Below, one piece after another: positions 1 through 14,304 of a DNA stretch of 64,000 bases (its first letter is position 1; every line of letters begins with the position of its first letter). Where the stretch lies: positions 66,402,001 to 66,466,000 of the forward strand of contig OX597821.1 in assembly GCA_951406725.2 (NCBI GenBank), written 5' to 3'. The DNA comes from Octopus vulgaris. Its lineage: Eukaryota. A program made the position numbers and the translations under genes. Under the pieces are notes generated by a model that made no database searches, was not told the origin of the DNA, and worked only from the letters and a program-made list of their open reading frames with translations.

Positions 1-76
1 TGGTCGTCTATGACGAATCTCATTGTCACTCTACGATAAAACTTAAATGGATCATTCTTTGTCACAATCTCCGGGT
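1..76 (-). mobile_element. R4/Dong-type non-LTR retrotransposon fragment (start of restriction-like endonuclease domain), runs off the window edge
   Basis: Minus-strand translation gives PEIVTKNDPFKF and then, after a frameshift, SDNEIRHRRP, matching the P..V.EN...K...TD..I..RRPD motif. It parallels the copy at 1404-1793. Confidence 0.55.
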
Positions 77-280
77 AATGATAATAATAATAATAATAAT
101 TACGGTAGAACTCCCCACTGTTGGGGAAGCATATAAGTGACTTAATCTCTTTGTCAATCGTTGTGTTTGTTGGCTATTTACACATTTAACCTCAGTGTCC
201 CTCCTCTGTGTATCGTCCTCTATGTTTTGTCATCGGCCCTGGTGGCCAATAAAAAGAGAATTATTATCATCATTATCATT

Positions 281-410
281 GAGTAAGAGAGCAGTGCCTG
301 CCATCAAAGTGATACTGGGGTAAAATATACGAAGCCCAGTATACACAACGTTACTACCCGTCTAATTAGGGTACACCAGGCACAGGCATCACAATCGCAT
401 ATGTGCGACA
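281..410 (-). mobile_element. 3' piece of the roughly 540-bp TAA-associated non-coding repeat (family A)
   Basis: Aligns with 4852-4980 (gagtgagagagcag...atatgtgcgcgac). Confidence 0.85.
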
Positions 411-412
411 GA

Positions 413-510
413 TGACCTTAGTGGAATTTGAAATCAGAACGTAAATGCGGACATAATGTCGCTATGCATTTTGCTCGTCATGCTAACGATTTTTCGTCAA
501 CTCACCGCCT
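413..510 (-). mobile_element. Degraded 5' head of tRNA-derived SINE family B
   Basis: Reverse complement aggcggtgagttgacg...ttctgatttcaaattccactaaggtc matches the head at 7755. Confidence 0.7.
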
Positions 511-517
511 AATAATG

Positions 518-569
<52 letters not shown>

Positions 570-606
570 TAATAAATAATAATAATACAGAAGTAGTACT
601 GGAGCA

Positions 607-968
607 TGATTGGAAGTGTTATAAAAGTGGTATAAAAGATGAACTACAGCAAATATTCTGCTCAATATCACAGATTTGCTTGGAATTGTTTGACCTTAAC
701 CAGTTAAGCATGTCACTTAGTGGCTGATGATATGTGCATCTCTGATCATGAGCAGAAGTAGTTGGGGTGCATCATAGACATGTGTTGAGAGGAATTCTTT
801 GAGGTTTGAATAATTCACCTCCGGAAACATGGGTGTTTCCTTCACCATCTTTAAACAAACTTTATTCAGGGATCTTTTGAGCCGGATGGGTTACTCGACC
901 TGAAGAAAATTCTAAATGGGCCCCACCTGCAAGGTCATGCGCTGTTTATTTTGATATGAGACCACCAT
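607..968 (+). mobile_element. 5' and middle piece of family A repeat, inverted relative to 281-410
   Basis: Aligns with 10385-10725. It stops at the family A position where the 281-410 piece resumes. Confidence 0.85.
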
Positions 969-1241
969 GGTACTGAAACCTATTTGAAAATGATACCCGG
1001 TTTACCATCCCTACAGGAAGTGCAAAAAATCGTGTTAACTGGAACGACTCACGTACTGAGAAGAGCATTATCGCTGTGAAAACAACATCCATTCATGAAT
1101 TTATTTATTTATTAATTTTTTAAATACATATTTTACCTGTGAATTTGTGTGTGCAATCTGGGAATGCATACGATGAGCTTCTCTGCCCTAGGTGTACGGA
1201 AAACATTCAGCGAGAAACGGAAGAAAATTTGAAGAAAGAAG

Positions 1242-1243
<2 letters not shown>
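969..1243 (+). mobile_element. 5'-truncated R4/Dong-type LINE 3' end (ORF C-terminus 969-1079 plus 3' UTR), ending in (TAA)n
   Basis: 969-1079 translates as GTETYLKMIPGLPSLQEVQKIVLTGTTHVLRRALSL*, matching the QK..LLGT..ILR..L C-terminus of R4/Dong proteins. A (TAA)n tract follows directly. Confidence 0.8.
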
Positions 1244-1286
<43 letters not shown>

Positions 1287-1403
1287 TGATAATAATAATG
1301 ATGTTGATGATGATGATGATGATGAATGTTACAATTGAATGGTATGCACCGATGTGTTACATTTGCCATCAATATCATTGATATTGTGTCATGATTGGTT
1401 TCC

Positions 1404-1793
1404 TTAGATATCAAGAAACTTTCGAGCAATCCTTGCGGTTTCTAATAAAGCATATTTCTGCATTAAGGCAACCCTCGTAGGTACCAAGCCTCTTGGTAAC
1501 GGTGCCCAAGATTTAGGATTTGATGCGCAAAAATCTTCTGCATTCGTCGCATTTTCCTTGCTAACTGTTGTTTCTTTTTTTTTCATTTTTTTTTTCATTC
1601 CTCTTGGTCTTTTATAGCTATCATATATTTACATCAGCAGACACAGAATCATCTATGATGACGCACTTTTTTGACACCAGTCCAGAAAGTTAATATCCGG
1701 TCGTCTTCCAAGAATCTCATGGTCAGTCCGTCTGGCCAAGTCTCATATGACCTTAAACCGAACATTCTCTCTTACAATCTCCGGTTGGCGTTG
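1404..1793 (-). mobile_element. Decayed R4/Dong-type LINE, restriction-like endonuclease domain to stop codon
   Basis: Frameshifted translation: QPEIVRENVRFKVI*DLARRTDHEILGRRPDI...CVIIDDSVSADVNI...LGTVTKRL...MQKYALLETARIARKFLDI*. Confidence 0.85.
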
Positions 1794-1955
1794 TTATCAT
1801 TATTGTTATTATTACTGTTGCTGTTGTAGTTATTGTTGTTGCAAGTAGTAATGTATAGATAGGAAGAGAGTTTACACACACACACATTTATGCATGCCAG
1901 TGAAAGTCCTTATATACTCGCTTATCTGTTTATCTATCTATGTATCTATCTATCT

Positions 1956-2006
<51 letters not shown>

Positions 2007-2233
2007 TTGTTCCTAAAATACTATACTTGTTCCTATAATACTATACTTGTTCCACGTCCTCGCGTTGTTGTGTTTTGTCTTTGTGTTTTCATGTTTGGAT
2101 TAACTTTATATACATATATAAATATATACACACACACATTCCAGACAGTGCTCCGGCATGGCCGCTGTCAAATGACGGAAACAAGTAAAATACTAAAAGA
2201 ATAATATATATATATATATATCTACACACATAC

Positions 2234-2264
<31 letters not shown>

Positions 2265-2304
2265 CACACATATATATGTGTGTATGTATGTAGGTATGTG
2301 TATG

Positions 2305-2335
<31 letters not shown>

Positions 2336-2817
2336 CTGTCTGTCTGTGTGTGTGTGTGTGTGCAGATGTGGAGTGAGACATGGACAGACAGACAGCTAGA
2401 TAGATAGATTAGATGGATGGATAGATAAGTATCTAAGCACACCCATTAGTCTTCTACAGGTCTTTCACCAAGAAGTAAATCGAAGACTTTACATAAATAC
2501 GATCTTCCATTACTATTCCAATATGGCCGACCAAGGAAACTTAATGTCTACTAACGTCATCGTCGGTATTAAATTTAAAATGTGGAAAGCTGTACAAACT
2601 GTTCAGAAAACATCAGTTAACCATTCTTCATCCATCCTCCTATCCAGCCTGTCAGCCAGCCATCTATAAGGAATGGCCGGATGTTCACTCTGTGCCCAGA
2701 AGACATGAAGACATTATCCAAGTTGTAGAAAGAAGGGAAATAAACAGCGTACAAGCATGTACATATATACATAAGCACACATATCATACATGTTAATATG
2801 TATGTATGTATATTCAC

Positions 2818-2889
<72 letters not shown>

Positions 2890-3610
2890 GTATATATATA
2901 TATGTTTATATGTATAGGAATATCTATTGTATTTATGTATATACGTATATATGATGTGTGTATGCATACATACGCACATACATATGTATATATGTATCCA
3001 TATATATATATTTATATATATATGTACAAATGATGAAAAAAAATGAAGAAAACGTCACTAATCGATAAAAGCCAGTCCATACATTTCCCAAGACATCCTT
3101 CGGATCGGTCAAATTTCTCCTATCAAACAACGGTGATGTTGACGCAGTGAGAAAGAGTAACATGATACGGAGAAAGAGAAGCAGGAGATGAAGAAGAAGT
3201 AGAAGGGACAGGAAGGGGAGTAAAAAGAGAAAGTGAAGGAGAACTGCGGTAGGAGGAGAGATAGATAAAGCAATATGCAAGTGGTTGTGTAAACGGAGGA
3301 ACAATACACGAGAACGAGGTGGTTGGCGTTATGTAAAGATACTGCTGATGTTCAATAGAAAATGGTCAATTGAGAAGCGTTCTGAACATGCTATTTTAGA
3401 GAAGAAAGGAAGGGTGAAAAAATATTGTATGTATAGAAAGAAAATATAAGCGAAAATTAAAGTAATATAGAATGCCAAAAAAAAAATATATATAGAGAGA
3501 GAGTAAATATGAAGGTCTTGGTGGCAGCGTGATGAAGGAAAAGACACGAAAAATATGAATGACATAATGGAAAAAGAAGTCTATGAAGAAAGTGCAACAA
3601 GACCTGTCAG

Positions 3611-3701
<91 letters not shown>

Positions 3702-3936
3702 AAAAAACAAAATAGAAACAAACGGCAAAATTTATAAGAATCGTAAAATTAGAATGAAGGAAAAAATAATATGAAGAAAGTAATGTGGAAATATGAAAAG
3801 AGAAATAGGGATGAAGAAAATCAATAGATTACACAAGACAGACAGATAGGCTGACGGACAGACAGAGAGTCAGATGGCTAGTTAGGAAAATATATATGCA
3901 CGCACGAATACCACCCAGTAACACACACATATATGA

Positions 3937-4047
<111 letters not shown>

Positions 4048-4343
4048 CTACATATATATATGTATGTATGTATATATATATATGTAAATACATACATATA
4101 TATCATATATGCATAAATACATACATGTGTATACATATTTATGTGTATATCCGTGTACATAAAAAATATACGCGTAGAATGATGGATGAGATGACCGAGT
4201 TTAAACTATATATATATATATATACACAAACATATGTATGTATATATATGTATACACATAAGCTTCTATATACATATGTATATATGTATGTATATATATG
4301 CATACACATGAAGCAACTATGAGTATATGAGGATGAGTTTGTG

Positions 4344-4380
<37 letters not shown>

Positions 4381-4778
4381 GTGCGTGTGTGTGGATATAT
4401 GTGCATGTATGAGTACTTACATACATATACGTTTCTGTGTGTGTGTGTGTGTATGCGTGTGTGCACATATTTGTGTATGTACGTATGTAGATGTTGTGAA
4501 CATAGGCGGTTTATGTTTATGCGTTGTAAGAATATAGTTGTGTGTATTCTTATCCTTTTCCCTTTTTCTTTTTCCATCCATTAGAGTTACTTCCCTTTTA
4601 TTTAACGTTTTCTCATAGCGTCTGTTGCCATTAATAACCGACGGGTATGCGTCGTAGCTCTTCACTCCGACATTCGAAACTCCGAGTCTTTTACTGATTT
4701 TTTCTAAATTATAACATATATAAATAATCATCTATTTCTCTAATATCGAGATCTCATACTTTTGTTGTTACATCTTAC

Positions 4779-4851
<73 letters not shown>

Positions 4852-5382
4852 GAGTGAGAGAGCAGTTCATACCATCAAAGTGATACTGGGGTAAAATATA
4901 CGAAGCCCAATATACCCATCATGACTACCCGTCTGATAAGGCTACACCAGGCACATGCATGACAAACATATGTGCGCGACGTGCTGATTTCATATCAAGA
5001 TAAACAGCATATGACCTTGCAGGTGGGGCCCAGTTAGAATTTTCTTCAAGTTGAGTAGCCCATCCCGCTCAAAAGGTCCCTGAATAAAGTTTGTTTAAAG
5101 ATGGTGAAGGAAACACCCATGTTTCCAGAGGTGAATTATTCAAACCCCAAAGAATCCCTTTCAACATATGGCTATGATGCTCCCCCACTACTTCTGCTCG
5201 TGATCAGAGATGCACATACCGTCAGCCACTAAGGGACATGCTCAACTGGTTAAAGTCAAACAACTGACAAGCAAATCTGTAGTATTGAGCAGAATGTTTG
5301 CTGTAGCCCATCTTTTATACCAAGACAAAACAAAGTACATGATAACACTTCCAATCAGTTAAGATCAGAAGTCATCAGAGCC
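4852..5382 (-). mobile_element. Family A non-coding repeat inserted in (TAA)n
   Basis: Near full-length copy with (TTA)n on both sides; highly similar to 10371-10846 and 16168-16707. Confidence 0.9.
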
Positions 5383-5435
5383 TATTATTATTATTATTAT
5401 TTTTATTATTATTATTGTTGTTGTTGTTGTTGTTG

Positions 5436-5527
<92 letters not shown>

Positions 5528-5553
5528 GCGAATATATATATATATATATACAC

Positions 5554-5597
<44 letters not shown>

Positions 5598-6925
5598 GCA
5601 TATATTACAATATATATATATATATATATATATATACATGCATATATATGTACAATCGTAGAGAATGAGAAAGAAAGAAAGAATGGAAGAAAGAAAGACA
5701 TAGAGCGAAGTGGTAGGTGGTAAAATAGAAGACCCAATACTAGCTTCCTTGACTTGATAGATAAATAGAGACAGTGTGAGAGCAAGAGAGAGAGAGAGAG
5801 AAAGAGAGGATGAGAAGGACAACTACATCCCTAGATTAATATAGTGAGGTAGAACGATACACGTGATGCTAAACAGTCATCAATGAAAGAGCGATAAATA
5901 AGAAAAAAACTTATTTAAGATGGCTGCTAAGTTAGATTTGCGAAAGTCTGGTCTCGGTTGTCATGGTTACTAGAGAATTAACAAAATTATGACTATGTGA
6001 ACAGCAATTTTAAGCAGTTTAAATTCAAGGATCTCAGGAGAGTCATCGTTGTCATAATGATGGATATATTATTGTATGATAATAGTATAGGACTCTACGG
6101 GAATGGAAATATTCGTGACAGCACAAAAGAAATACGAGATAGTAATTCGAGCATGTATTAAGTAGATGTCAGTGGGCTTTTCTCTCGGCCCCACGAAAAG
6201 AAGAGCCAAAACCGATCAGTGTCATGACCCACTGAATGGACGTGTCTGTTAAGTTGCTTCAGCAATGTATTGAACCATAGAGCATGTGGATGGAAACTGG
6301 GACAACACTAAAAGCGTCCAACCACAGACGTCTTTATAGTCGTCTTGTCTGACCACTAAAACAGCTTTTGACCCTCGCAGTTAGCTAGTTCGATACATAT
6401 CATGTCCACTAAAGCTCAGCCGTCACACTCACAGTGTTGGCTTTAATTAGTCATATTCTTCGAAATCCCGTAATAACCATTCTAGAAAATATTTATCCCG
6501 TGGAATATCAATCTACTGGAATTATCTTTCCGCGGACGTTTTTACCATTTGACAGCAATATGAGATTTTAAACCTAAATATCAATCGTCCTGGTAGGACG
6601 GAGAAGGTCATTGTCACACTTGTCTTGATTGAATACGGACAAAATATAAACTCTACACTCTCATTCCTGTTCTCCCTGACTTCATCTTCAGTGGCCACCA
6701 CAATACCTTTTTGCATGGTTTGTATGAGGTAACTGGGATGCTTAGCGCGGAGCATCAACTAATGCGCTTTCTTCTCCAGATACATGGATGACATTCTCAT
6801 ACTTGCATCACGTGGAGAGGTGGACGATATTTAGGATACATCTAGTAATACGGTGCAAAATTGAGCAACTTCACGACACTGAATAGCGCTTCTCTTTTTC
6901 CCTTCTATCTCTCTATGTACGTATG

Positions 6926-6957
<32 letters not shown>

Positions 6958-7082
6958 TGTATGTATGTATGTATGTATGTATGTATGTATGTATGTATGT
7001 ATGTATGTATATATGTATGTATGTATTTATGTGTCTGTCTGTCTGATTAACTGCCTGCCTGCCTGTCTATCTACCTCTGTAG

Positions 7083-7149
<67 letters not shown>

Positions 7150-7754
7150 CCTCCCCACTCTTTCTCTATCTATCTATCTATCTCCTTTCTCTGTTAGTTT
7201 CTTATAGAGAGAAATATTGATTCAATTTTCAGCTTAATACTACCTGAAAATATCCACTGTACTTTACAGTTCCGTCCAACACCCAGAAAGTAACTACCTA
7301 CTACACAGGGAATCAAAACACCCCTTTAAATGACCCTATGTTACGATCTAGGATGTAGATCTTTCAATATTAAGCAATTCTAAAATTTGCTAAAAGATTA
7401 TGGTTAATCAGCTTCCGTTACAGACGACCTTCTGCCAAACTCCGCAAACTTTTAACACCCCGAACAATAATTTCTTCTTGAAGTATGAGCTATAATTTGT
7501 CAGGAGGATTAGCAGGGAGATCGGGAACTAAAGCTGACAATTGCCTGGGTAGAGATAATCAACACACTACCGAAATTTCCATTATGTAAGCACGCTAGCA
7601 AGCAGTCCTTTAAACGATGAGGACATGTGTTTATGGGCTTATAAGGGGGTACAATATAAACTACGTAAAACATATACTAATATAGAAAATGACCCTTGAT
7701 TGGCATAGAAACGCATATATTGGAAAGAGAAGGGCAACGTGTAATGAAAAGAGA

Positions 7755-8155
7755 AGGCGGCGAGCCGGCAGAATCGCTAGTACGCCGGGCAAAATGCTTA
7801 GCGGTATTTCGTCTGTCGTTACGTTCTGAGTTCAAATTCCGCCGAGGTCGACTTTGCCTTTCATCCTTTCGGGGTCGATAAATAAAGTAGCAGTTACGCA
7901 CTGGGGTCGATATAATCAGCTTAATCCGTTTGTCTGTCCTTGTTTGTCTCCTCTGTTTTTAACCCCTTGTGGGTAGTAAAGAAATAGGTATTTCGTCCGG
8001 CTTTTCGCTCCGAGATCAAAATCCACTGATGTCGACTTAGCCGTTCATCCTTTCAGAGTCGATAAAATAAGTACCAGTTGCGCACTGGCGTCGATGTAAT
8101 CGACTAAACCGTACCACAAATTTACTGCTCTTGCGCCAAAATTTGAAACCGATAT
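7755..8155 (+). mobile_element. tRNA-derived SINE family B (internally dimeric)
   Basis: Has an A-box-like ggcagaatcg and B box gagttcaaattcc. The central gcctttcatcctttcggggtcgataaa..agtacc resembles the Meta/MESC SINE domain. A second partial unit starts near 7987, and there are multiple copies in the window. Confidence 0.85.
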
Positions 8156-8537
8156 ATGACGAAGAGAGAAATATTAAATCATCTCTTATTTCACATACCA
8201 GAAAAGCATTCGGGTTCATCATATCGATTATTCTACTCTACAAAAGAAAATAAAGAAGTGCTTAAGTGAAAACATGTTTTTCATAAATTTCAGTAAAAGT
8301 TTCAAAATATTAAATGACTTTCATTTAATATGAATGCTTTTAATTCTTCTTTCGATTTTTATTTCTTTTTCTTTTTGAGGAGAGAAGGCAGGGTTTTATT
8401 TAAAATGTGGATTTAATGTTTGCACAGCTTTAACAGCAAAGTTATCGTCTGCTTAGTGAATTGCTTGTTGCTTGATGTGATTATCTATCATTTCAAATTT
8501 TTAAAGCTATGAATTTATATATTTTCTTCCATATATG

Positions 8538-8539
8538 CC

Positions 8540-8628
<89 letters not shown>

Positions 8629-8765
8629 TTATCTATCTATCAATCTGTCTATCTGTCTGTCTGTCTATCTATCTATTTATCTATCTATCAATCTGTCTAT
8701 CTGTCTGTCTATCTATCTATTTATCTATCTATCTCTGTGTTCAGCCCTGTGGCCAATAAAGACAG

Positions 8766-8838
<73 letters not shown>

Positions 8839-8962
8839 AATCTGTCTATCTGTCTGTCTGTCTATCTATCTATTTATCTATCTATCAATCTGTCTATCTG
8901 TCTGTCTATCTATCTATTTATCTATCTATCTCTGTGTTCAGCCCTGTGGCCAATAAAGACAG

Positions 8963-9048
<86 letters not shown>

Positions 9049-9095
9049 GTCTGTCTGTCTGTCTGTCTGCCTGTCTATCCGTTTATCTATCAATG
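8538..9095. repeat. (TATC)n/(TGTC)n compound microsatellite with a roughly 198-bp tandem duplication
   Basis: ctctgtgttcagccctgtggccaataaagacagtt, a SINE B-like tail, occurs at about 8733 and about 8930. Confidence 0.9.
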
Positions 9096-9467
9096 GCAAT
9101 CTACTTGTATGCATCGCTTTTCCGAGAATGTCTCTTGAGTTCACACAAACACACTCACATAGAACACACACCCAAGCGCGTGCATACGTATGACTGTGAG
9201 CATGTGTGTGTGTGAGTGCATGTGTGAGTGTATGTGTATGCGTGCATGTATACACACATACATACACACATATATATTTAATATGATATATGTATATATA
9301 CACTCGCCAGTATATCTCTGTTTCTCTCGTCATACATACACATTCTTATACATATACGTATGTAAGTATGCAAATGTATGAATACACACATACATACTTA
9401 ATTGTATGTGTATATAAATGCATGTATTTATATATGTGTTATTGTATGTAATGAGTTATGTACATAA

Positions 9468-9525
<58 letters not shown>

Positions 9526-10033
9526 ACGAGCGAATGAAAATATGGACGAATGATTTGAAATGTAATATTAAACTATTTTCATATTTTCGACGTAAGTACT
9601 CGCTAAAGAAAACTATCTGAAGAAAAAAAAACTAGTAAATAGTATGGTTTTAGACTACCCACAATGAAGAAATGAATGAATAAATAAATAAAATGAATAA
9701 ATGAATTAAAAAAATATTGGAAAGAAAAAACATTCTGCTGATGTATGGGGTTTTAGATGAAGAAAACTTGGATATTTTATCATCAGGCATAAGACATGAA
9801 ATTTTGGGGGCGGCGGCCAGTTTATTTAGATGAAGAAAACTTGGATATTTTATCATCAGAAATAGGAAACCCCCCCACGCATATTACACAAATACACTTT
9901 CCTTTGTTGTGTAAAGTGTACAATGGCGTGTTCCTATGTTACAGTTTTGCAGATACTACAATTGTTGTTGCTGCGGTTGTTGTTGTTGTTATTGTTATCA
10001 TTATTATTATTATTATTATTGTTATTGTTATTA

Positions 10034-10073
<40 letters not shown>

Positions 10074-10075
10074 GA

Positions 10076-10300
10076 AGGCGGTGAGCTGAGCTGGCAGAAT
10101 CGTTAAGCATGCCAGGCGAAATGCTTGGCGGTATTTTGTCCGCCTCCACGTTCTGAAATCAAATTCCGTTAAGGTCGACTTAGCCTTTCATCCCTTCGGG
10201 GTTGATAAAATTAAGTACCAGTTTAATACTAGGGTCGATCAAATAAACTGGCCGCCGCCCCCAAAATTTCATGTCTTATGCCTATAGTAGAAAGAGTTAT
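10076..10300 (+). mobile_element. SINE family B
   Basis: Head and central domain as at 7755; flanked by TTA/TAA repeats. Confidence 0.8.
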
Positions 10301-10310
10301 AAAATTAATG

Positions 10311-10370
<60 letters not shown>

Positions 10371-10372
<2 letters not shown>

Positions 10373-10846
10373 TGTTTTGTCTTGGTATAAAAGATGGGCT
10401 ACAGCAAATATTCTGCTCAATACCACATAATTGCTTGTCAGTTGTTTGACCTTAACCAGTTGAGCATGTCCCTTAGTGGCTGACAATATGTGCATCTCTG
10501 ATCACGAGCAGAAGTAGTGGGGGAGCATCATAGCCATGTGTTGAGAGGGATTCTTTGGGGTTTGAATAGTTCACCTCTGGAAACAAGGGTGGTTCTTTCA
10601 ACATCCTTAAACAACCCTTATTCAGGGACCGTTTGAGCGGGATGGGCTACTCAACCTGAAGAAAATTCTAACTGGGCCCCACCTGCAAGGTCATGTGCTG
10701 TTTATCTTGATATGTGATCACCATGTCGCGTACATATGGTTGTGATGCATGTGCCTGGTGTACCTTTATCAGACGGGTAGTCATGATGGGTATATCGTAT
10801 ATTTTACCCCAGTGTCACTTTGATGGCATGAACTGCTCTCTCACTC
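10371..10846 (+). mobile_element. Family A repeat, 5'-truncated, within (TAA)n
   Basis: Same 3' end (ctctctcactc followed by (aat)n) as the other copies; shorter 5' end. Confidence 0.9.
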
Positions 10847-10885
<39 letters not shown>

Positions 10886-10899
10886 TAATAATAATAATA

Positions 10900-10931
<32 letters not shown>

Positions 10932-10951
10932 CATTATTATCATTATTACTA

Positions 10952-11095
10952 AGATGGCGAGTTGGTAGAATCGTTAAAATGCCAGGCGAAATGCTTAGCG
11001 ATATTTCGTCTGTCTCCACATTATGAGTTCGAATTCCGTCGAGGTCATCCCTTCGGGGTCGATAAAATTAATACCAGTTGAATACTTGGTCTATG
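10952..11095 (+). mobile_element. SINE family B, degraded
   Basis: gatggcgagttggtagaatcgtt...gagttcgaattcc...cccttcggggtcgataaa. Confidence 0.7.
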
Positions 11096-11384
11096 TGAAA
11101 TATGTTACCATATTTATGTTATGAGAATATGTTACCATATTTTTATAAATTAATACTTCAAATATACCGTAAATGGTCTTTACATACCGAATACTGCTTG
11201 GTCGAATTTATTAATAATTAATTGATTCTGACCCCCATTTTCTCATAACAATATAATGCTTTCTCTCCAAGAATTTAAACTGCAGTTTTTACCTCTGTAG
11301 AAATGGAATGCTCTATGACTCACGTGGGCGGACAGGGAGAATAATAGATCTCATTCGTATTTTTGGATTCTAGTACTTTTGGCA

Positions 11385-11645
11385 TTGTTTCAGTCATGTG
11401 ACAGTATCGGCCGGGTATGTTGGAGCACCGCCTTTAGTCAAAGGAAATCGACCCCAGAACTTATTCTTTTTATAATGTGATCTTTCAGTACTTATTCCAT
11501 CGCTTATTTTTCTGCCGAACTGCTAATTTACGGGGACGTAAACACACCAGCATCGGTTGTCAAGCGATGGTGGGGGAAAACACAGACACACATACATACA
11601 TACATACATACATACATACATACATACATACATACATACATGGTC

Positions 11646-11702
<57 letters not shown>

Positions 11703-11865
11703 CGACGGGCTTCTTTAAGTTTCCGTCTACCAAATCCACTCACAAGGCTTTGGTCGGCCCGAAGCTAAAGTAGAATACACTTGTCCAAGGTGCCACGCAG
11801 TGGGGCTGAACCAGGAACCATGTAGTTCCTAAACAAGCTACTTACCACATAGCCACACCTACGCC
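11385..11865 (-). mobile_element. tRNA-derived SINE family C, full length with internal microsatellite
   Basis: Reverse complement matches 19089-19493: head with ggttcagccccactgcgtggcaccttgg, internal (TA)/(TATG) tract, and tail ending near tgactgaaacaa. Confidence 0.9.
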
Positions 11866-11894
11866 TATAAGCCAATATATATATAAATGTTTAC

Positions 11895-11943
<49 letters not shown>

Positions 11944-12597
11944 TGTATGAGTATAGAAAGAGAGAAAGAGGCATATAAAGGAGTAGACATAGATAGATCG
12001 AAAAACAGGGAGACAAACAGCCAGACAGACAGACAGAAAGTCAGACAGATAGTCAGACAAACAGATAAAAAGATATGAATGTGCATGTGTGTACGAGAGT
12101 TTGTTTCTCCTTGCATATCTATGGACGAACGGGTTTGTAGCCGTGAGTATTCCTGAACATGCTTCCGCGTATGTGTAGTGTGTGTATAGTTTTCGGAGGG
12201 GGTTGGAGGCTTGCATATTTTTTCTTTAAGTGTTAAGAGTTGGAGAGATAAATGAATAAAAAACAAAATTTTCCCGGAAAATTTTGTTCCAGAGAAGCAA
12301 TAATAATAATAGTGATATAGCAAGCTTAACGATAACAAAAGTAGAAAAGGAAAGAAAAAGGAAATAGAAATGGATGTAGAGAAAATAGAAATACTTGAAT
12401 GTTGCGTTTGGGAAATAAATTAAGATTACGATTTGAATTATAGTTTTTAAAAAAAAAAAACATAATATAAATTCTATTCTACATACATAGTTTCAAAATT
12501 ATCACTTTATATTTTCATTCGAATCTACGCATATGCATTTCTACAATAAGTTATATATGTAAATATACACAATACAGGCAAAGATACGTCGTACGCC

Positions 12598-12674
<77 letters not shown>

Positions 12675-12697
12675 ATATCTATCTATCTATCTATCAA

Positions 12698-12744
<47 letters not shown>

Positions 12745-12859
12745 CTATATGTGCGTGTGTACACCTAACTTTCTATTGATATATATGTATACACATTTAT
12801 ATCTGAATGTATATGGACACTCAGAAGTTTCCGGTTGAGAGATATCCACACTATTATCT

Positions 12860-13455
12860 TTCTCTTTTCTACTTTTGTCCATCTCCACCTTGAATACTGC
12901 TGATCACTGTAGTCTCCCAACACGAAACAAAGTATCATGAAAATTAAAGCACCTCAAATGTCAATTACAAAAAAAGGACAGATGCCATGATAAGCCTTGA
13001 CTATTGGGGTCGACTAGAAAAGCTCAAGATTTATTCTCACCAACGCCGTCGGGAGCACTACATCATCTACATGTATGGAAAATATTCCATCATCATTGCC
13101 CAAATGATGTTAGCATCACCTTTAAGATATACCCAAGTCTTGGACCCCGTGCCATTCCCTCACAACATAAATCATACTCGTATCACATAACAACAATACA
13201 ACAATTATTTCACCCCGTTGGACCCGATCGCTTTAAACATCACACCAAACACATTAAAGCAGAAACAGACCCCATAAATTTCAAGAAGACTTTGGACAAA
13301 TTCATTATAAAAATCCTAGATAAACCTTCTAAACCGGGATATGTCTCCATAACAATAACTCTCTCTTCGAGTGGGCCACGCCTGATTTGAGTGGGCCATT
13401 CCTGATTTTAATGTCTTAAATAAAGACAAGGGCCTGGGCCAATACTGGACGAAAC
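12860..13455 (+). mobile_element. Decayed CR1/L2-group LINE ORF2 C-terminus and 3' end
   Basis: Translations TFVHLHLEYC*SL*SP...ISLDYWGRLEKLKIYSHQRRREHYII and FKKTLDKFIIKILDKPSKPGY match the post-RT LEYC..W.P...Y.ERL..L.L.SL.RRR pattern. Confidence 0.8.
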
Positions 13456-13478
13456 CTATGAAAGTGTATGTATATATA

Positions 13479-13518
<40 letters not shown>

Positions 13519-13943
13519 GCACACACATATATATAGGTATCTAATTATATATGTATATATATGTATATATATGCATATATATGTATATATATATGTATAT
13601 ATATGTATATGTATATGTATATATATATATATATAAAAAAATATATCCAAAATAGAAAAACTTCGGCACATCTCGAGACACGTGTGATTCAAACTAGAAA
13701 CTTTCACAGAGTGAGAGAATCCGGAAGTGAAAACTATTCAAATCCTACATTAGTTATAAATTGAATAGTGTTCGCTTCCGGATTCTCTCACTCTGTGAAA
13801 GTTTCTAGTTCGAATCACACGTGTCTCGAGATGTGCCGAAGTTTTTCTATTTTGGATATCTTTGGGGTACTTATGTCTGCTCAGGACTTAGCGCTTGCTT
13901 TTTCCATGGGTATAAGTAAGTATTTCACTTATATCTCACGTAT

Positions 13944-14004
13944 TTATCGCTGAAGAAGGGAAAATTCTTATGAATTAACTCTGAAATTGGGACCAATACG
14001 GTAA
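13944..14004 (+). ncRNA. Type I hammerhead ribozyme motif
   Basis: Stem I ttatcg/cggtaa; core CTGAAGA; stem II aggg..aattc-ttat-gaatt..ctct; GAAA; stem III ATTG-ggac-CAAT then A. Predicted cleavage is after 13998. Confidence 0.8.
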
Positions 14005-14250
14005 TAACGGATTTTTTAGAAATTTCTATCGGTTTGTTTCGAGACGCATAAATTATAATAGTTATTGACAATTTTTGTCTTTTTTTCGGCATATTTGGCA
14101 TTAGAATTTTTCTTTCGCCCTAATTTTGTAAATTATATATATATATATTATTGAGGAGGCTATTTAAAACACATAGGTAACAAGTACAGCTGTCACTAAA
14201 ATGATGGAGGGTGCTAATAAGCACCAACATTGCTAGAAATAAGAGGCAAA

Positions 14251-14304
<54 letters not shown>

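Noticed and set aside
1408-1480. Plus-strand terminal exon YQETFEQSLRFLIKHISALRQPS* after tttccttag
   Set aside because: It is fully explained as the antisense strand of a Dong-like LINE C-terminus.
6522-6758. 78-aa ORF, possibly a Helitron or transposase fragment
   Set aside because: There is only a vague CC..K resemblance and no motif I can support.
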